DNA of 64,000 nt from Opitutaceae bacterium (lineage in GTDB: Bacteria > Verrucomicrobiota > Verrucomicrobiia > Opitutales > Coraliomargaritaceae): assembly GCA_051252375.1 (NCBI GenBank), contig JBPOFY010000003.1, positions 426,259 to 490,258 on the forward strand, in the 5' to 3' direction. Under the pieces are notes generated by a model, which saw only the letters and a list, made by a program, of their open reading frames with translations, did not search any database and had not been told where the DNA came from. Shown one piece after another: positions 40,601-50,275 of the stretch. How positions within the stretch are numbered: the first letter of the stretch is position 1; every line of letters starts with the position of its first letter. Made by a program: the position numbers and the translations under genes.

Positions 40601-41682
40601 ATTCACCGGCGCTGAACAGTGGAGGGCAAATCGGGAGTGCGACTTATAACGATTACCCGATCCGTGGTAAGAAGGCGAATTGCTACGAAGGCGGGTATCA
40701 TGTCCCTCTCTTTGTGGCATGGGCGAAAGCGGACCCGACCAATGTTTTCCAGCAGCAGCTGCCGATCACCCCAGATAGCGTCGAACACGACATTGTTTCC
40801 GTGGTTGATATTCCAACGACTATTCTCGCGTTGGCCGATGTCCCTCATCCCTATATGGATGGTGTCGATTTGAGCCCTTATTTGACCTCGACTCCCGGGA
40901 CTCACCGCGAGCAAACATTGCTTCGACACCAACCGAATGGGCAGAACTCAAGCTTCTTCACCGCCTATCGTCGAGACGACTACAAGTTGATCTATTTCTA
41001 TTACAAGGATGCGGCGACCGCGTTCGAGCTCTACGACCTCGCCGTGGACCGAGATGAATCCAACAACCTTGCCAGCAGTAATCCTGATCTGGTTCTGGAA
41101 ATGGCACGTGAAATGGCGTCGGCCCTCGATGGAAGTTGGGGTGCATATGGCGCACTCTGGCCGACCTTCGCGATCGATCCCGCTACTGGAAATCCATTCT
41201 CAGGTGATGGAGATGAATTCCGACCTTTGAATGATGATCATTTTCTGATCGATTTCTCTGTCTATGGTTATGACCTTGTCGACAGCGATGCTGACGGATT
41301 GGAAGATGCGCTGGAAGATGCGGATGGTAACGGCTTGGTTAGCACGGGCGAAACGGATTCCGATGATTGGGATACGGACGGTGATAAAACCGATGACTTC
41401 ACCGAGACGCGTCTGGGTCTAGACCCGTTGAATCGCAATTCGTTTTTCGCAAGTCAGGTGTCTGCCGCCAGCGCGAGCAGTATGACATTGCAATGGCCTT
41501 CAGCTTCCGGGCTTTCCTTCAACATTCTTCACAGTGACGACCTCACGATCCCAGTCGAGAATTGGCCGGTTTTGATCAATGTGCCCGCTGACGCTGTCGA
41601 GGCAACCACTAGCTATCCCATTGATATCTCTGGAGATGATGTTCAGTTCTTTTCTGTAGAGTTGTTGCCAGAGGTCCCTTAA
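37660..41682 (+). CDS. Multidomain secreted sulfatase, 1340 aa
   Basis: Passenger and Ig-like domains as in 34673; PNILLCLVDDWG, CSPTRTSLMTG, GKAH, GDNG, YEGG; DxDxDG repeats and C-terminal domain. Confidence 0.9.
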   Translation: MKSHRHLPLNLGVALSFLVLTATISHAASRTWDGSTSTDYNETTNWSGDDVPDSDDSGILDGAGTGETLLTGGIDPGTVNAFNVRGGHIFNIDNDGGTFSVNNNLNLGRGVEADGSEINQLAGAVNLGGMDMSGNETGGTSTYMISGGALNIGSADTLDVGGDGIAGNVGGGSDVSTFAIVGDSATVSATSNILARASSVFSFTLGATGIDAIDTTGVITISSGATLTIDGSSYTGGSGTIPLFTYGSRTDATEFTTENISGFGSLVADVVYDTDSIDLVLTSAGALQINSFTADFLTVSSGDPVTLSWSVQNETSLTLDPGGNDVFGTTSIIVNPTATTTYTLTAGDGGTTVMDTIEITVTPATPANSISVNFHANDTDALVDHQLSTGESAGLTPLDGSHWNNINVGGSTTNSGAVIFADNTPLTDDIGNSSAATISSTLTTGVTGSWFVGYANSSAATEGELTNGISDDNLFNSYLATNVADNFILDVSGLGPDFTTEGYSLIIYSDSDRRNESSGSRQSLYTVTPSGGSPVTGFVEDDDDATVVNIFDGTYILSDGVDDGADYSNYVIISGLNASDFTIEIDSPDGGRGAISGFQIIAGDIAVAPPPVINSFEADDHYVQTGDPVILSWDTSNADSLTLDPGNIDVTGQTQYQINPTATATYTLTASNSEGSADTDLKVSVGPERPNILLCLVDDWGVMDTSEPFSYDSYTDGALAQVRAFNTFYQTPNLEQLADDGMKFSQAYALPVCSPTRTSLMTGFNGPRHGVTVHLNANGTYERPSGSNVATHRSANGWRYRGMEVTDITLPRLLSEQGYRSIHVGKAHFGARGDVTEDPREIGFDINLGGSGAGAPGRYIGNPGYSSGSNPVPYIGDYEANGKWLTEALTEAMSDAIGDAVGDGVPFFAYMSYYAVHSPFTTNPNATGDYSAQVNANHGKFATMVEGVDTSLGQLRAHLEAMDPGVAENTLIIFTGDNGSDSPALNSGGQIGSATYNDYPIRGKKANCYEGGYHVPLFVAWAKADPTNVFQQQLPITPDSVEHDIVSVVDIPTTILALADVPHPYMDGVDLSPYLTSTPGTHREQTLLRHQPNGQNSSFFTAYRRDDYKLIYFYYKDAATAFELYDLAVDRDESNNLASSNPDLVLEMAREMASALDGSWGAYGALWPTFAIDPATGNPFSGDGDEFRPLNDDHFLIDFSVYGYDLVDSDADGLEDALEDADGNGLVSTGETDSDDWDTDGDKTDDFTETRLGLDPLNRNSFFASQVSAASASSMTLQWPSASGLSFNILHSDDLTIPVENWPVLINVPADAVEATTSYPIDISGDDVQFFSVELLPEVP
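37969..38087 (+). repeat. 119-bp near-identical direct repeat, copy 2
   Basis: 114/119 identical to 34964-35082. Confidence 0.9.
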
Positions 41683-41707
41683 GCACCTTAGTGTTTTTGG
41701 TCGATCA

Positions 41708-42463
41708 ATGTCAGATACGCTTCCCATTATATTAGTCACTCCCGTCTGGAACGACTCTCGCCGTCTTGTGGTGTTTGGTTTCAGCTTGGCGGAGGCCTTG
41801 CAGCAATCTGGTTTGCCAGTTCGCTGGATTGTTTCCGATGATGGCTCGAGTCTCGAGGAGAAGAAATCTTTGGAGACGCTCGTTGCTCGCTTGGCTGAAG
41901 TCTATCCGAATGTAGAGCTGATTCTTTCAGACGTTCGTTCGCGTAAGGGCGGGGCAGTCTATCGCGCTTGGGATCATTGTGAGGAAGCTCAGGTATTGGC
42001 TTTTGTGGATGCCGATGGAGCCATCAGTGCAGAGTCGATCGTTAATTTGTTACGAGTTTCTGCCGCTGAGTCTTCCGAGACAGCTGTTATCGGGGTTCGG
42101 TCAAATAGCTCAGGGCTGCCTATTCGTCGTAGCTTTGGCAGGACTGTATCATTCAACCTTTTTCGGATGATAGTGAGCCTTCTTTTAGGGGTGCGTTTTC
42201 AAGACACTCAGTGTGGTGCCAAGATCATACCTGCAAAAGCTTATCGTGAAGTTCGCGGCAGATTATTGGAGCATGGTTTTATTTTTGATGTCGAATTACT
42301 TGTTGCGCTAAAAGAGTTGTCGATCGATGTCCTCGAACAACCGATACCATGGCAAGAAGTCGATGGCGGAAAGGTGAGCCCTTTGCGTGATTCATGGGCA
42401 ATGCTGAGCGCATTAATGAGAGTGCGAAAACGACTGAAGTCCGGGCATTACGAAAAGTCCTGA
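41708..42463 (+). CDS. GT2 glycosyltransferase (polyprenol-phosphate sugar synthase-like)
   Basis: VTPVWN, VSDDGS, KGGAV, FVDADG, DTQCGAK, GFIFDVELL. Confidence 0.88.
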   Translation: MSDTLPIILVTPVWNDSRRLVVFGFSLAEALQQSGLPVRWIVSDDGSSLEEKKSLETLVARLAEVYPNVELILSDVRSRKGGAVYRAWDHCEEAQVLAFVDADGAISAESIVNLLRVSAAESSETAVIGVRSNSSGLPIRRSFGRTVSFNLFRMIVSLLLGVRFQDTQCGAKIIPAKAYREVRGRLLEHGFIFDVELLVALKELSIDVLEQPIPWQEVDGGKVSPLRDSWAMLSALMRVRKRLKSGHYEKS

Positions 42464-43185
42464 GCTTCGGGCGTATGGCTCTTCCTGTAGCGACCCGGTG
42501 AGAGGCCGAAGAGTTTTTGAAACTCGCGCGAGAAGTGGCTGTGGTCGTAAAAGCCAACGTCCTGTGCGATTCGGCTCAACGTATCTTCCGTATGCACCAG
42601 TAGGGCGCTGGCTCGCGTGAGCCGATAGCGAATTAAAAAGCGTGAAGGTGTCTGTTGAAAAACATGGCGGAAACGTCGTTCAAATTGGCTGACAGATAAG
42701 TTCGCTACATTGGCGAGTTCAGGCATCTGGATCGGTTCGGCGTAGTGGATGTTGATATAGTCGACCACTGCGTTCATACGACGATATGGTTGCCATGCAT
42801 TGTCACTGCGCTCGAAGTCGCGCATCACGCCGATGATGCCGATACAGTTGCCAGCTCTGTTGCGCAGAGGAAATTTGCTGGTCACGTGCCATGCGACGGA
42901 GCCATCAGCATTGGCCACCAGCTCGACACGTCGCATGATGGGCTCGCCGCTTTTTATCACCTGCGCGTCATCCTTTGCGTATTGCGCAATCATATAGCTG
43001 GGAAAGAAATCCTCGTCGCTTTTGCCAATCAGTTCCTTTTGCGAATCGACTCCGAGCTTTTCGAGTTGCAGCTCGTTGGCGCCGAGGAAGCGACCTTGTT
43101 TATCTTTCATGAAGAAATAGACATCCCCAATTGCAGTAAATAGGGCGAGAATACTCTCTGGATCGAGGTCTTGGTGGATGTCCAT
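42448..43185 (-). CDS. AraC-family regulator with N-terminal PAS domain
   Basis: FFMKDKQGRFLGAN...IGKSDEDFFP; SQFERRFRHVF; GFYDHSHFSREF; start refined to 43185. Confidence 0.92.
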   Translation of the reverse strand: MDIHQDLDPESILALFTAIGDVYFFMKDKQGRFLGANELQLEKLGVDSQKELIGKSDEDFFPSYMIAQYAKDDAQVIKSGEPIMRRVELVANADGSVAWHVTSKFPLRNRAGNCIGIIGVMRDFERSDNAWQPYRRMNAVVDYINIHYAEPIQMPELANVANLSVSQFERRFRHVFQQTPSRFLIRYRLTRASALLVHTEDTLSRIAQDVGFYDHSHFSREFQKLFGLSPGRYRKSHTPEAQDFS

Positions 43186-43267
43186 GCCGAAAATATACAC
43201 AAACATGCGGATATTTTCCAAGTAAGAAGATGCATGATGTGTTACATTACTCGCCACATTACCCCTT

Positions 43268-44125
43268 ATGCGATTTGGACTGAACACATTCTTGGTTAGC
43301 TCTGGTTTTACAGATGCTGAATTACCCCTCCTGCAAACCTTCAAAAACTATGGAGCCGATGTTATCGAGCTGGCCATTGTAGAGCCTGCGGCGGTCTCAG
43401 TGCCCAAACTCATGGCTGCACTGGAAGCGGCTGGCTTGGAGCAGCCTGTTATTTGCGGTGCCTTTCCTCCTGGTCGCGATTTGAGAGGCAATGCGGAAGA
43501 GCGGGCGGCGAGTTCAAAATATATCTCCGAACTGATTTCTTTAGCCGAAGCCGTTGATTCGAAAATTGTATGCGGTCCATTCTATTCGGTTACTGGGCAG
43601 GCAAATGCATATTCTCCTGAGGAGCGCGCGGCTCAATTGGATATGATTGCCGCCGAACTCCGACCGCTTTGCCAACAAGCTGAGGCTGCGGGTATAACTT
43701 TAGCGGTTGAGCCGCTTAATCGTTTTGAAACGGATTGTATCAATACCATCGATCAAGCGATTGAGCTGATCGAGAAGGTTGGCAGCCCATGCCTTAAAAT
43801 ACACATCGATACATTCCACATGAATATCGAGGAGGTTGATTCTGCAGCTGCGATTTTACGAGCAGGTCAACATATTGGGCATGTCCATGCCAGCGCGAGT
43901 CATCGTGGTTTGTTGGGGAAAGATCAGGTCGATTGGTCGGGCATATGTGCTGCGCTGGTGAAGATCAATTTTCAGGGAGATATCTTGATCGAAAGCTTCA
44001 CCGTCGATAATACTGTGATCGCAAAGGCCGCATCCATATGGCGCCCGCTGTATGATGGACCAGAGCAGCTTGCAGTAGAAGGCCTGCAGTTTTTAAGAGA
44101 GACTTGGGAACTTGCCCAGCAATAG
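43268..44125 (+). CDS. Xylose-isomerase-like TIM barrel, ketose 3-epimerase family
   Basis: [28 protein letters not shown]. Confidence 0.88.
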   Translation: MRFGLNTFLVSSGFTDAELPLLQTFKNYGADVIELAIVEPAAVSVPKLMAALEAAGLEQPVICGAFPPGRDLRGNAEERAASSKYISELISLAEAVDSKIVCGPFYSVTGQANAYSPEERAAQLDMIAAELRPLCQQAEAAGITLAVEPLNRFETDCINTIDQAIELIEKVGSPCLKIHIDTFHMNIEEVDSAAAILRAGQHIGHVHASASHRGLLGKDQVDWSGICAALVKINFQGDILIESFTVDNTVIAKAASIWRPLYDGPEQLAVEGLQFLRETWELAQQ

Positions 44126-44148
44126 AGCTTACATACCATATAATAACG

Positions 44149-45045
44149 ATGAAATTACCCCGCATTTTACTACTTCTCGCGTTAGCGCCGATGGCGGTGT
44201 CTTGCGCAAACCAGACAACGACGCAGAAAGAGGTTCTCTTTCTGGCGGGTAAGAAGAGTCATGGCTATGGAGCTCATGAACATAGGGCTGGCTCGCATCT
44301 TTTGGCACGTTGCTTCAATGAGAGCGGTCTTGATGTGAACGCGTCTGTTATTGAAGAGGGTGCTTTGCCCGAGGGCACCGAGAAGCCCGATGCAGTTGTT
44401 ATGTATTGCGACGGCTTAAAGAAGCATATCGCTAAAGAGCACCAAGAGGCGATCCAAGCTTGGGTCGATCAAGGTGTTGGCGTGTCGTGTTTACATTTTG
44501 GCGTAGAGGTCGAGAAGAAGGATCTTGGACCGACTTTCATCGACTGGATCGGTGGCTATTTTGAAATGGGTTGGTCAGTGAATCCACACTGGGATGCCAC
44601 ATTCAACGAGCTGCCGGATCATCCGATTACTAGTGGTGTGCAGCCTTTCACGATACGTGATGAATGGTATTACCATATGCGCTTTCGTCCAGAGATGGAA
44701 GGCGTGACGCCGATCTTGTCAGCTCTGCCACCATTGGAAACCTTAACCTCACGTGCAAAAGATCCTCGGCGTGGCAGTAACCCAGCCGTGATGGCTGAAG
44801 TGCAAGCTGGTGAGAAACAGCATGTCGCTTGGGCATATGAGCGACCGGATGGCGGTCGTGGTTTCGGTTTTACCGGCGGACACTTTCATAAGAACTGGCA
44901 GCAGGATGACTTTCGCAAGCTGGTTCTAAATGCGATTCTTTGGACCGCTCATGGAGAAATTCCGGCTGAGGGTGTGCCATCTAAAACACCGACTGATGCT
45001 GAAATGGAACTGAATCAAGATTATCCCAAACCTGCTAAAAAGTAA
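44149..45045 (+). CDS. ThuA-like domain lipoprotein
   Basis: Lipobox AVSC; SHGYGAHEH, HPITSGV..F...DEWYY, GRGFGFTGGH; start refined to 44149. Confidence 0.85.
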   Translation: MKLPRILLLLALAPMAVSCANQTTTQKEVLFLAGKKSHGYGAHEHRAGSHLLARCFNESGLDVNASVIEEGALPEGTEKPDAVVMYCDGLKKHIAKEHQEAIQAWVDQGVGVSCLHFGVEVEKKDLGPTFIDWIGGYFEMGWSVNPHWDATFNELPDHPITSGVQPFTIRDEWYYHMRFRPEMEGVTPILSALPPLETLTSRAKDPRRGSNPAVMAEVQAGEKQHVAWAYERPDGGRGFGFTGGHFHKNWQQDDFRKLVLNAILWTAHGEIPAEGVPSKTPTDAEMELNQDYPKPAKK

Positions 45046-45063
45046 CTGTAACCCGTCATTTAT

Positions 45064-45864
45064 ATGAAATCATATTCAAAAGTAATTTGTATCATCACCG
45101 CTGCCTGTATGTTTGCCGGTATTGCAATAGCAGCACCGAAACCCAGTCCAAAGCCTGACATCAAGGCACTTCTCATTACCGGAGGTTGCTGTCATGATTA
45201 TGATGCGCAGCGCGAGCTCATCCCGATGAGCATTGATCTCAAGACAAAGCTTCGTGTGCAATGGACCGTTTTACATCAACGCACGAAGGCAGGTGATGTA
45301 TTGCTTGATTTCTATAAGAACCCTGACTGGGCGAAAGGCTACGACGTGGTCGTGCACAATGAGTGTTTCGCTCTTATCAACGACGATGCATATATCGAGC
45401 AGATTCTACAGCCACATAAGGACGGCGTGCCAGCAGTGATGGTGCATTGCTCCATGCATTGCTACCGCGAAGGTAAGAACCCTGAAGTGTGGTGGGAATT
45501 TTGTGGCGTGCATTCGCCAGGGCATGGCCCAAAGCATCCATTTGAAGTTCAAATTACAAATCCTGATCATGAAGTCATGAAAGGCATGAGTAATTGGACG
45601 ACCCCGCAAGGTGAGCTCTACTTTATCAATAAAGTCTATCCAGGCACGACACTATTGGCAGAGTCCAAATCGAACAAGACCGGCGAGATGCATGCGAATA
45701 TTTGGGTAAATGAATATGGCCCAAACAAGACGCGCGTCTTCGGAACTACGATCGGTCACCACAATGAAACCATGATGCAAGATCAGTATATGGAAATGAT
45801 CACTCGTGGCTTTCTCTGGGCAGTCGGTAAGCCAGTAGCTGAAAATCTAAAAACTTCAAAATAA
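45064..45864 (+). CDS. ThuA-like domain secreted protein
   Basis: [32 protein letters not shown]. Confidence 0.85.
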   Translation: MKSYSKVICIITAACMFAGIAIAAPKPSPKPDIKALLITGGCCHDYDAQRELIPMSIDLKTKLRVQWTVLHQRTKAGDVLLDFYKNPDWAKGYDVVVHNECFALINDDAYIEQILQPHKDGVPAVMVHCSMHCYREGKNPEVWWEFCGVHSPGHGPKHPFEVQITNPDHEVMKGMSNWTTPQGELYFINKVYPGTTLLAESKSNKTGEMHANIWVNEYGPNKTRVFGTTIGHHNETMMQDQYMEMITRGFLWAVGKPVAENLKTSK

Positions 45865-45891
45865 CCCATTAACATTCAATCTTATACCATT

Positions 45892-47181
45892 ATGAATACA
45901 GTATCCCGTCGTGATTTCGTTAAAGCCGCTGCTATTAGCACGGCTGCCTTTTCAACTTTCAATATCCTCGGTGCGCAGAGCGTTGGAGGCTTAACTGGTG
46001 GTAAGTTGAAGCTTGGTCTTATTGGCTGTGGTGGTCGCGGCACTGGAGCTGTGGCGCAGTTTATGGAGGCCTGTAAGCTTCTCGGTTTAGAAGCCGAGCT
46101 GGTCGCTGTCGCTGACGTTTTTGAAGATCGCGTGGCGAATGTAGTTAAGAGGTATGGCATCGCTGCTTCGCAAGGACATCATGGTTATGAGGCTTACCGG
46201 AAAGTGACGGAGTCAGATGCGGAGTTCGTCATCATGGCGACTCCACCTAATTTCCGTCCTGTTCACTTGGAAGCTTGTGTCGCTGCGGGTAAACATTCCT
46301 TTATCGAGAAGCCTGTCGCAGTCGATCCTGTTGGCGCTCGCAAAGTGATTGAGCTTGGTGAGCTCGCGAAAGCGAAGGGACTGACTATCGTGGCAGGGAC
46401 GCAACGTCGCTATGAGAAGAGTTACTTGGAAACTAAAGCTAAAATCGATGCTGGTGCCGTGGGCCAAATCCTCGGTGGTGTGATTTCTTGGAATGGTCGA
46501 GTGCCTTGGATTTCCTCGCGTCAGGATGGTCAAAGCGCTGCGCACTATATGACGCGTAACTGGCTCAACTTTACCGAGTTGTCCGGCGATCACATCGTCG
46601 AGCAACACGTGCATCAACTGGACGTAGCCAACTGGTTTGTGGGTCGTCCGCCAGTTTCCTTTGTTGGCATGGGTGGACGTGCGCGCCGTGAGACAGGTAA
46701 TCAGTTTGATTTCTTCAGTGTCGATCTAGACTACGGCGATGGAGTTCACATCCATAGCCAATGTCGTCAACTCGCAGGTGCCTATTCGCGTGTCGGTGAG
46801 CAGTTTCGTGGGGCCGATGGCCAGATCATCGGCACTAAGGTTTCCGGTAAAGATGTCTCCATTGACGCGATCAAAGTGGAAAGCAATAAAGGTCAAGTCC
46901 AAGAGCATGTAGCGTTTATTAAGAGCGCGCGTGGTAAGGGTGACCCTCTGAATTGCGCTGAACAAGTGGCGCATGCGACACTCACTGCGATCGGTGGTCG
47001 CATCTCAGCATACACCGGGCAGTTAGTCCGTTGGGTGGATTTGACGGTGAATACTAAGTCGCCGTTCTACTCAATGCAGCTCAGCCCGAGCGCATTAGAC
47101 TTTGAGCGTGGCTCTGTGATCCTGCCAGAAGAAGTGGCACCGATACCTGGTGAGGCAACCAAGTTCCGCGATAGAGGATAA
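45892..47181 (+). CDS. Tat-exported Gfo/Idh/MocA NAD-dependent oxidoreductase
   Basis: SRRDFVK, GLIGCGGRG, ATPP, EKP, GTQRR, EQHVHQLD. Confidence 0.92.
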   Translation: MNTVSRRDFVKAAAISTAAFSTFNILGAQSVGGLTGGKLKLGLIGCGGRGTGAVAQFMEACKLLGLEAELVAVADVFEDRVANVVKRYGIAASQGHHGYEAYRKVTESDAEFVIMATPPNFRPVHLEACVAAGKHSFIEKPVAVDPVGARKVIELGELAKAKGLTIVAGTQRRYEKSYLETKAKIDAGAVGQILGGVISWNGRVPWISSRQDGQSAAHYMTRNWLNFTELSGDHIVEQHVHQLDVANWFVGRPPVSFVGMGGRARRETGNQFDFFSVDLDYGDGVHIHSQCRQLAGAYSRVGEQFRGADGQIIGTKVSGKDVSIDAIKVESNKGQVQEHVAFIKSARGKGDPLNCAEQVAHATLTAIGGRISAYTGQLVRWVDLTVNTKSPFYSMQLSPSALDFERGSVILPEEVAPIPGEATKFRDRG

Positions 47182-47199
47182 AATACTATTCGTTTGCCT

Positions 47200-48717
47200 A
47201 TGAAAAATCTCCTCTTCTTTCTCGCCTTTACGGTATGTATTCATGCCGCGACGAAGCCCAACGTTGTCATTATCTATGGGGACGATGTAGGTTACGGCGA
47301 TGTTGGTGCGTATGGCTCAAAACTGATTCCGACGCCTAACATTGATCGTCTTGCGGAGGGGGGATTACGTTTTACCGATGGTCATTGCTCGGCGGCAACA
47401 TGCACGCCCTCGCGTTATTCATTGCTGACGGGTGTTCATGGCTTTCGGGATGGTGTGAGCATCTTGGCCCCTAATGCGCCTTTGAGTATTTCTACCGAGA
47501 TACTGACACTGCCAAAATTGTTTAAGCAAGCCGGCTACACCACTGGTGTCGTGGGGAAGTGGCATTTGGGGATTGGTGCAAAAGGTGAGCCTGTGAATTG
47601 GAACGGTGATGTGAAACCAGGTCCGCTTGAGATCGGTTTTGATTCATCATTTCTTTTACCGTCAACCAATGACCGTGTGCCATGTGTCTATCTGGATGGT
47701 CATCGCGTGTTGAACTTGGATCCATCGGACCCGCTCTATGTCGGTGCAAATAAGCCTGTCGATCGAGAAGGTAGCACACGATATCCAGATGCGAGGAAGA
47801 ATAAGAAGTCGATGACCTATTATCAAAGCACTCACGGGCATAATAACAGTGTGATCAATGGCATCGGTCGTATCGGTTATATGGCTGGTGGCAAGTCGGC
47901 CCTATGGGATGACGAAACCATGGCTGACGTATTTGTCGAAGAGGCTAAGGAATTTATTGCAGCAAATAAGGAGCAACCATTTTTCCTCTATTTCGCTTCG
48001 CAGGATATCCATGTCCCGCGCGCACCGAACCCACGTTTTCAGGGCGCAACAAATTTGGGTTATCGCGGCGACGCGATGGTGCAGTTCGACTGGTCAACTG
48101 GTGAAATCATGAAGGCTCTGGAAGAACATGGATTAACCGAAAACACCATTGTGATTTTTTCGAGCGACAATGGTCCGGTTTATGACGACGGTTATGCCGA
48201 CGGAACGAAGGTGAAGAAATCGACGAAAGAAGTGGATCGAGGACACGACGGATCCGGAGTCTATCGCGGCGGTAAATATCAGATATTTGAAGGCGGCACT
48301 CGCGTGCCGTTTATTGTGCGCTGGCCCGCCAAAATTAAGCCAGGCACTTCCGACGCTTTGGTCAATCAAATCGATTTGATCGCCTCTTTTGCTGCATTGC
48401 TGGAGCAGGAGCTTCCTGCTGGTGAGGCGCGTGATAGTCGCAACACACTGTCTGCGTTTATCGGCAAAGACCCGAAGGGGCAGGAGTATATGATCGAAGA
48501 ATCATTCGGTTTGGCTCTGCGCCATGGCGATTGGAAATTCATTGAATTCACCAAGCCGACCTGGGCGAGTAAAGATCCGATTCGAAAGTCGCTCTATAAT
48601 CTAAAAGACGATCCTAGCGAAACGAAAAACATCATCGCCGATTACCCTGAAAAGGCAGCAGCAATGGAGCAGCGCTTGGAAGCCATGAAAAAATCGGATG
48701 GTATCCGAGGGCATTAG
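47200..48717 (+). CDS. Arylsulfatase (S1)
   Basis: PNVVIIYGDDVG, CTPSRYSLLTG, GKWHLG, SDNG, EGGTRVP; start refined to 47200. Confidence 0.95.
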   Translation: MKNLLFFLAFTVCIHAATKPNVVIIYGDDVGYGDVGAYGSKLIPTPNIDRLAEGGLRFTDGHCSAATCTPSRYSLLTGVHGFRDGVSILAPNAPLSISTEILTLPKLFKQAGYTTGVVGKWHLGIGAKGEPVNWNGDVKPGPLEIGFDSSFLLPSTNDRVPCVYLDGHRVLNLDPSDPLYVGANKPVDREGSTRYPDARKNKKSMTYYQSTHGHNNSVINGIGRIGYMAGGKSALWDDETMADVFVEEAKEFIAANKEQPFFLYFASQDIHVPRAPNPRFQGATNLGYRGDAMVQFDWSTGEIMKALEEHGLTENTIVIFSSDNGPVYDDGYADGTKVKKSTKEVDRGHDGSGVYRGGKYQIFEGGTRVPFIVRWPAKIKPGTSDALVNQIDLIASFAALLEQELPAGEARDSRNTLSAFIGKDPKGQEYMIEESFGLALRHGDWKFIEFTKPTWASKDPIRKSLYNLKDDPSETKNIIADYPEKAAAMEQRLEAMKKSDGIRGH

Positions 48718-48751
48718 GTCTGTTGCAGGAATATTCGGAAGTATTGTAAAA

Positions 48752-50158
48752 ATGAAAAATATCCTATTACCCCTTGTCGCGGTTTTTACAGGCAGCCTGT
48801 TATTGCAGGCCGAAGTTGAAATCGACAAGAACAGCTACGCATATCGATTCGACTCGAGTCTGAAGCAGTCTCCAGACTCGATCGCTCGTAATCAACAATG
48901 GTTCTACGATGCTAAATTCGGCGCCTTCATTCACTTCGGTGTCTATTCTGTTTTGGAGGGCGCTTACAAAGGGAAGCCTCAAGGACCCAAATACGCTGAG
49001 TGGATCTGGGCCGATGCGAAAATATCAGCAGCTGAATATCGCGAGGTTGCCATGACTTTCAATCCGGTTGAATTCGACGCGGATGAGTGGGTGAAGGTCT
49101 TTAAAGATAATGGCATGAAGTATGTCGTGATCACATCGAAGCACCACGATGGCTTTGCGCTGTATGATTCCGCAGTGAGTGATTTTAATATGGTGGATGC
49201 TACGCCGTTTAAGCGCGACATTATCAAGGAACTGAGTGAAGCCTGCCACCGTGCTGGCCTGAAGTTTGGCGTCTACTACTCTCAGGCGCAGGATTGGGAT
49301 GAACCCGATGCGCCAGTGATGATGCGTCGGCGCACCAGAATGAGTGTGATGCATCCAGAGATCCCGAAAGGATTTAAGCCAGATTTCGACAAATACCTAC
49401 AGGAAAAGAGTCTTCCTCAGATTGAGGAATTGATGAAGAACTATGAGATCGATTTGGTCTGGTTCGATACGCCTATCAACATGACCTTTGAGCGGGCTAA
49501 GTTGTTTACCGATATCGTTCGTAAATATCGTCCGGATTGTGTGATCAATTCTCGTCTTATTCAGAAGGGAAGGGATAAGGTGCTACAGAAAAATTTAGAG
49601 CTCTTCGATTATATTTCAGTGGGTGACAAGGAAGTGCCGACAGAGAAACTGCCGCTTTATTTCGAGTCTCCAGACAGCGTGAGCACTTCTTACGGCTATA
49701 AAACTAAAGGAAATCACCAATATCACACTGAAGAGGAGATGATTCACCGTTTGGTGAATACGGTCTGCGCCGGCGGCAATTACCTGCTCAACAACGGCCC
49801 GATGGGTAACGGCAAAATCGACCCCGAAGCTGTGCGCCTCTACGGCGTGATCGGCGACTGGCTCAAGGTGAACGGCGAATCCATTTTCGACACACGCCGC
49901 AATCCACTACCTGAACGTCCGGAGTGGGGCGACTGCTCAATTAGCAAGGATGGCAAGACGCTATATCTTCATGTGATGGACTGGCCTGAAAGCGGTAGTA
50001 TTACGGTCAATGATGTGCCTGGCAGCGCGAGCTCTGCGATTTTTATGGCGAACGGTAATAAGGCAGATTTCACCCAGCAGGGAGATGCACTGAAGATTGC
50101 TTTGCCGGACGAACCGCTCGATCCATATGCTACCGTGATCAAGCTCCAACTGCAATAG
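48752..50158 (+). CDS. GH29 alpha-L-fucosidase
   Basis: WFYDAKFGAFIHFG, YAEW, FNP..FDA, TSKHHDGF, VWFD, GGNYLLN, WLKVNGESI; start refined to 48752. Confidence 0.93.
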   Translation: MKNILLPLVAVFTGSLLLQAEVEIDKNSYAYRFDSSLKQSPDSIARNQQWFYDAKFGAFIHFGVYSVLEGAYKGKPQGPKYAEWIWADAKISAAEYREVAMTFNPVEFDADEWVKVFKDNGMKYVVITSKHHDGFALYDSAVSDFNMVDATPFKRDIIKELSEACHRAGLKFGVYYSQAQDWDEPDAPVMMRRRTRMSVMHPEIPKGFKPDFDKYLQEKSLPQIEELMKNYEIDLVWFDTPINMTFERAKLFTDIVRKYRPDCVINSRLIQKGRDKVLQKNLELFDYISVGDKEVPTEKLPLYFESPDSVSTSYGYKTKGNHQYHTEEEMIHRLVNTVCAGGNYLLNNGPMGNGKIDPEAVRLYGVIGDWLKVNGESIFDTRRNPLPERPEWGDCSISKDGKTLYLHVMDWPESGSITVNDVPGSASSAIFMANGNKADFTQQGDALKIALPDEPLDPYATVIKLQLQ

Positions 50159-50275
50159 GAGGGCGTCGCTCGTCGACGACTGATAAAGCATCCCCTATAC
50201 TGGTGATAGACGATGAATCGCAGTTGAGGTAGTATTGATGGCTGGCATAGCTCTCTGTATTTATCCACATATCAA

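Noticed and set aside
50157..50190. GGAGGGCGTCGCTCGTCGACGAC as a REP element or terminator
   Set aside because: The stem is only 4 bp with no T tract; too weak to call.
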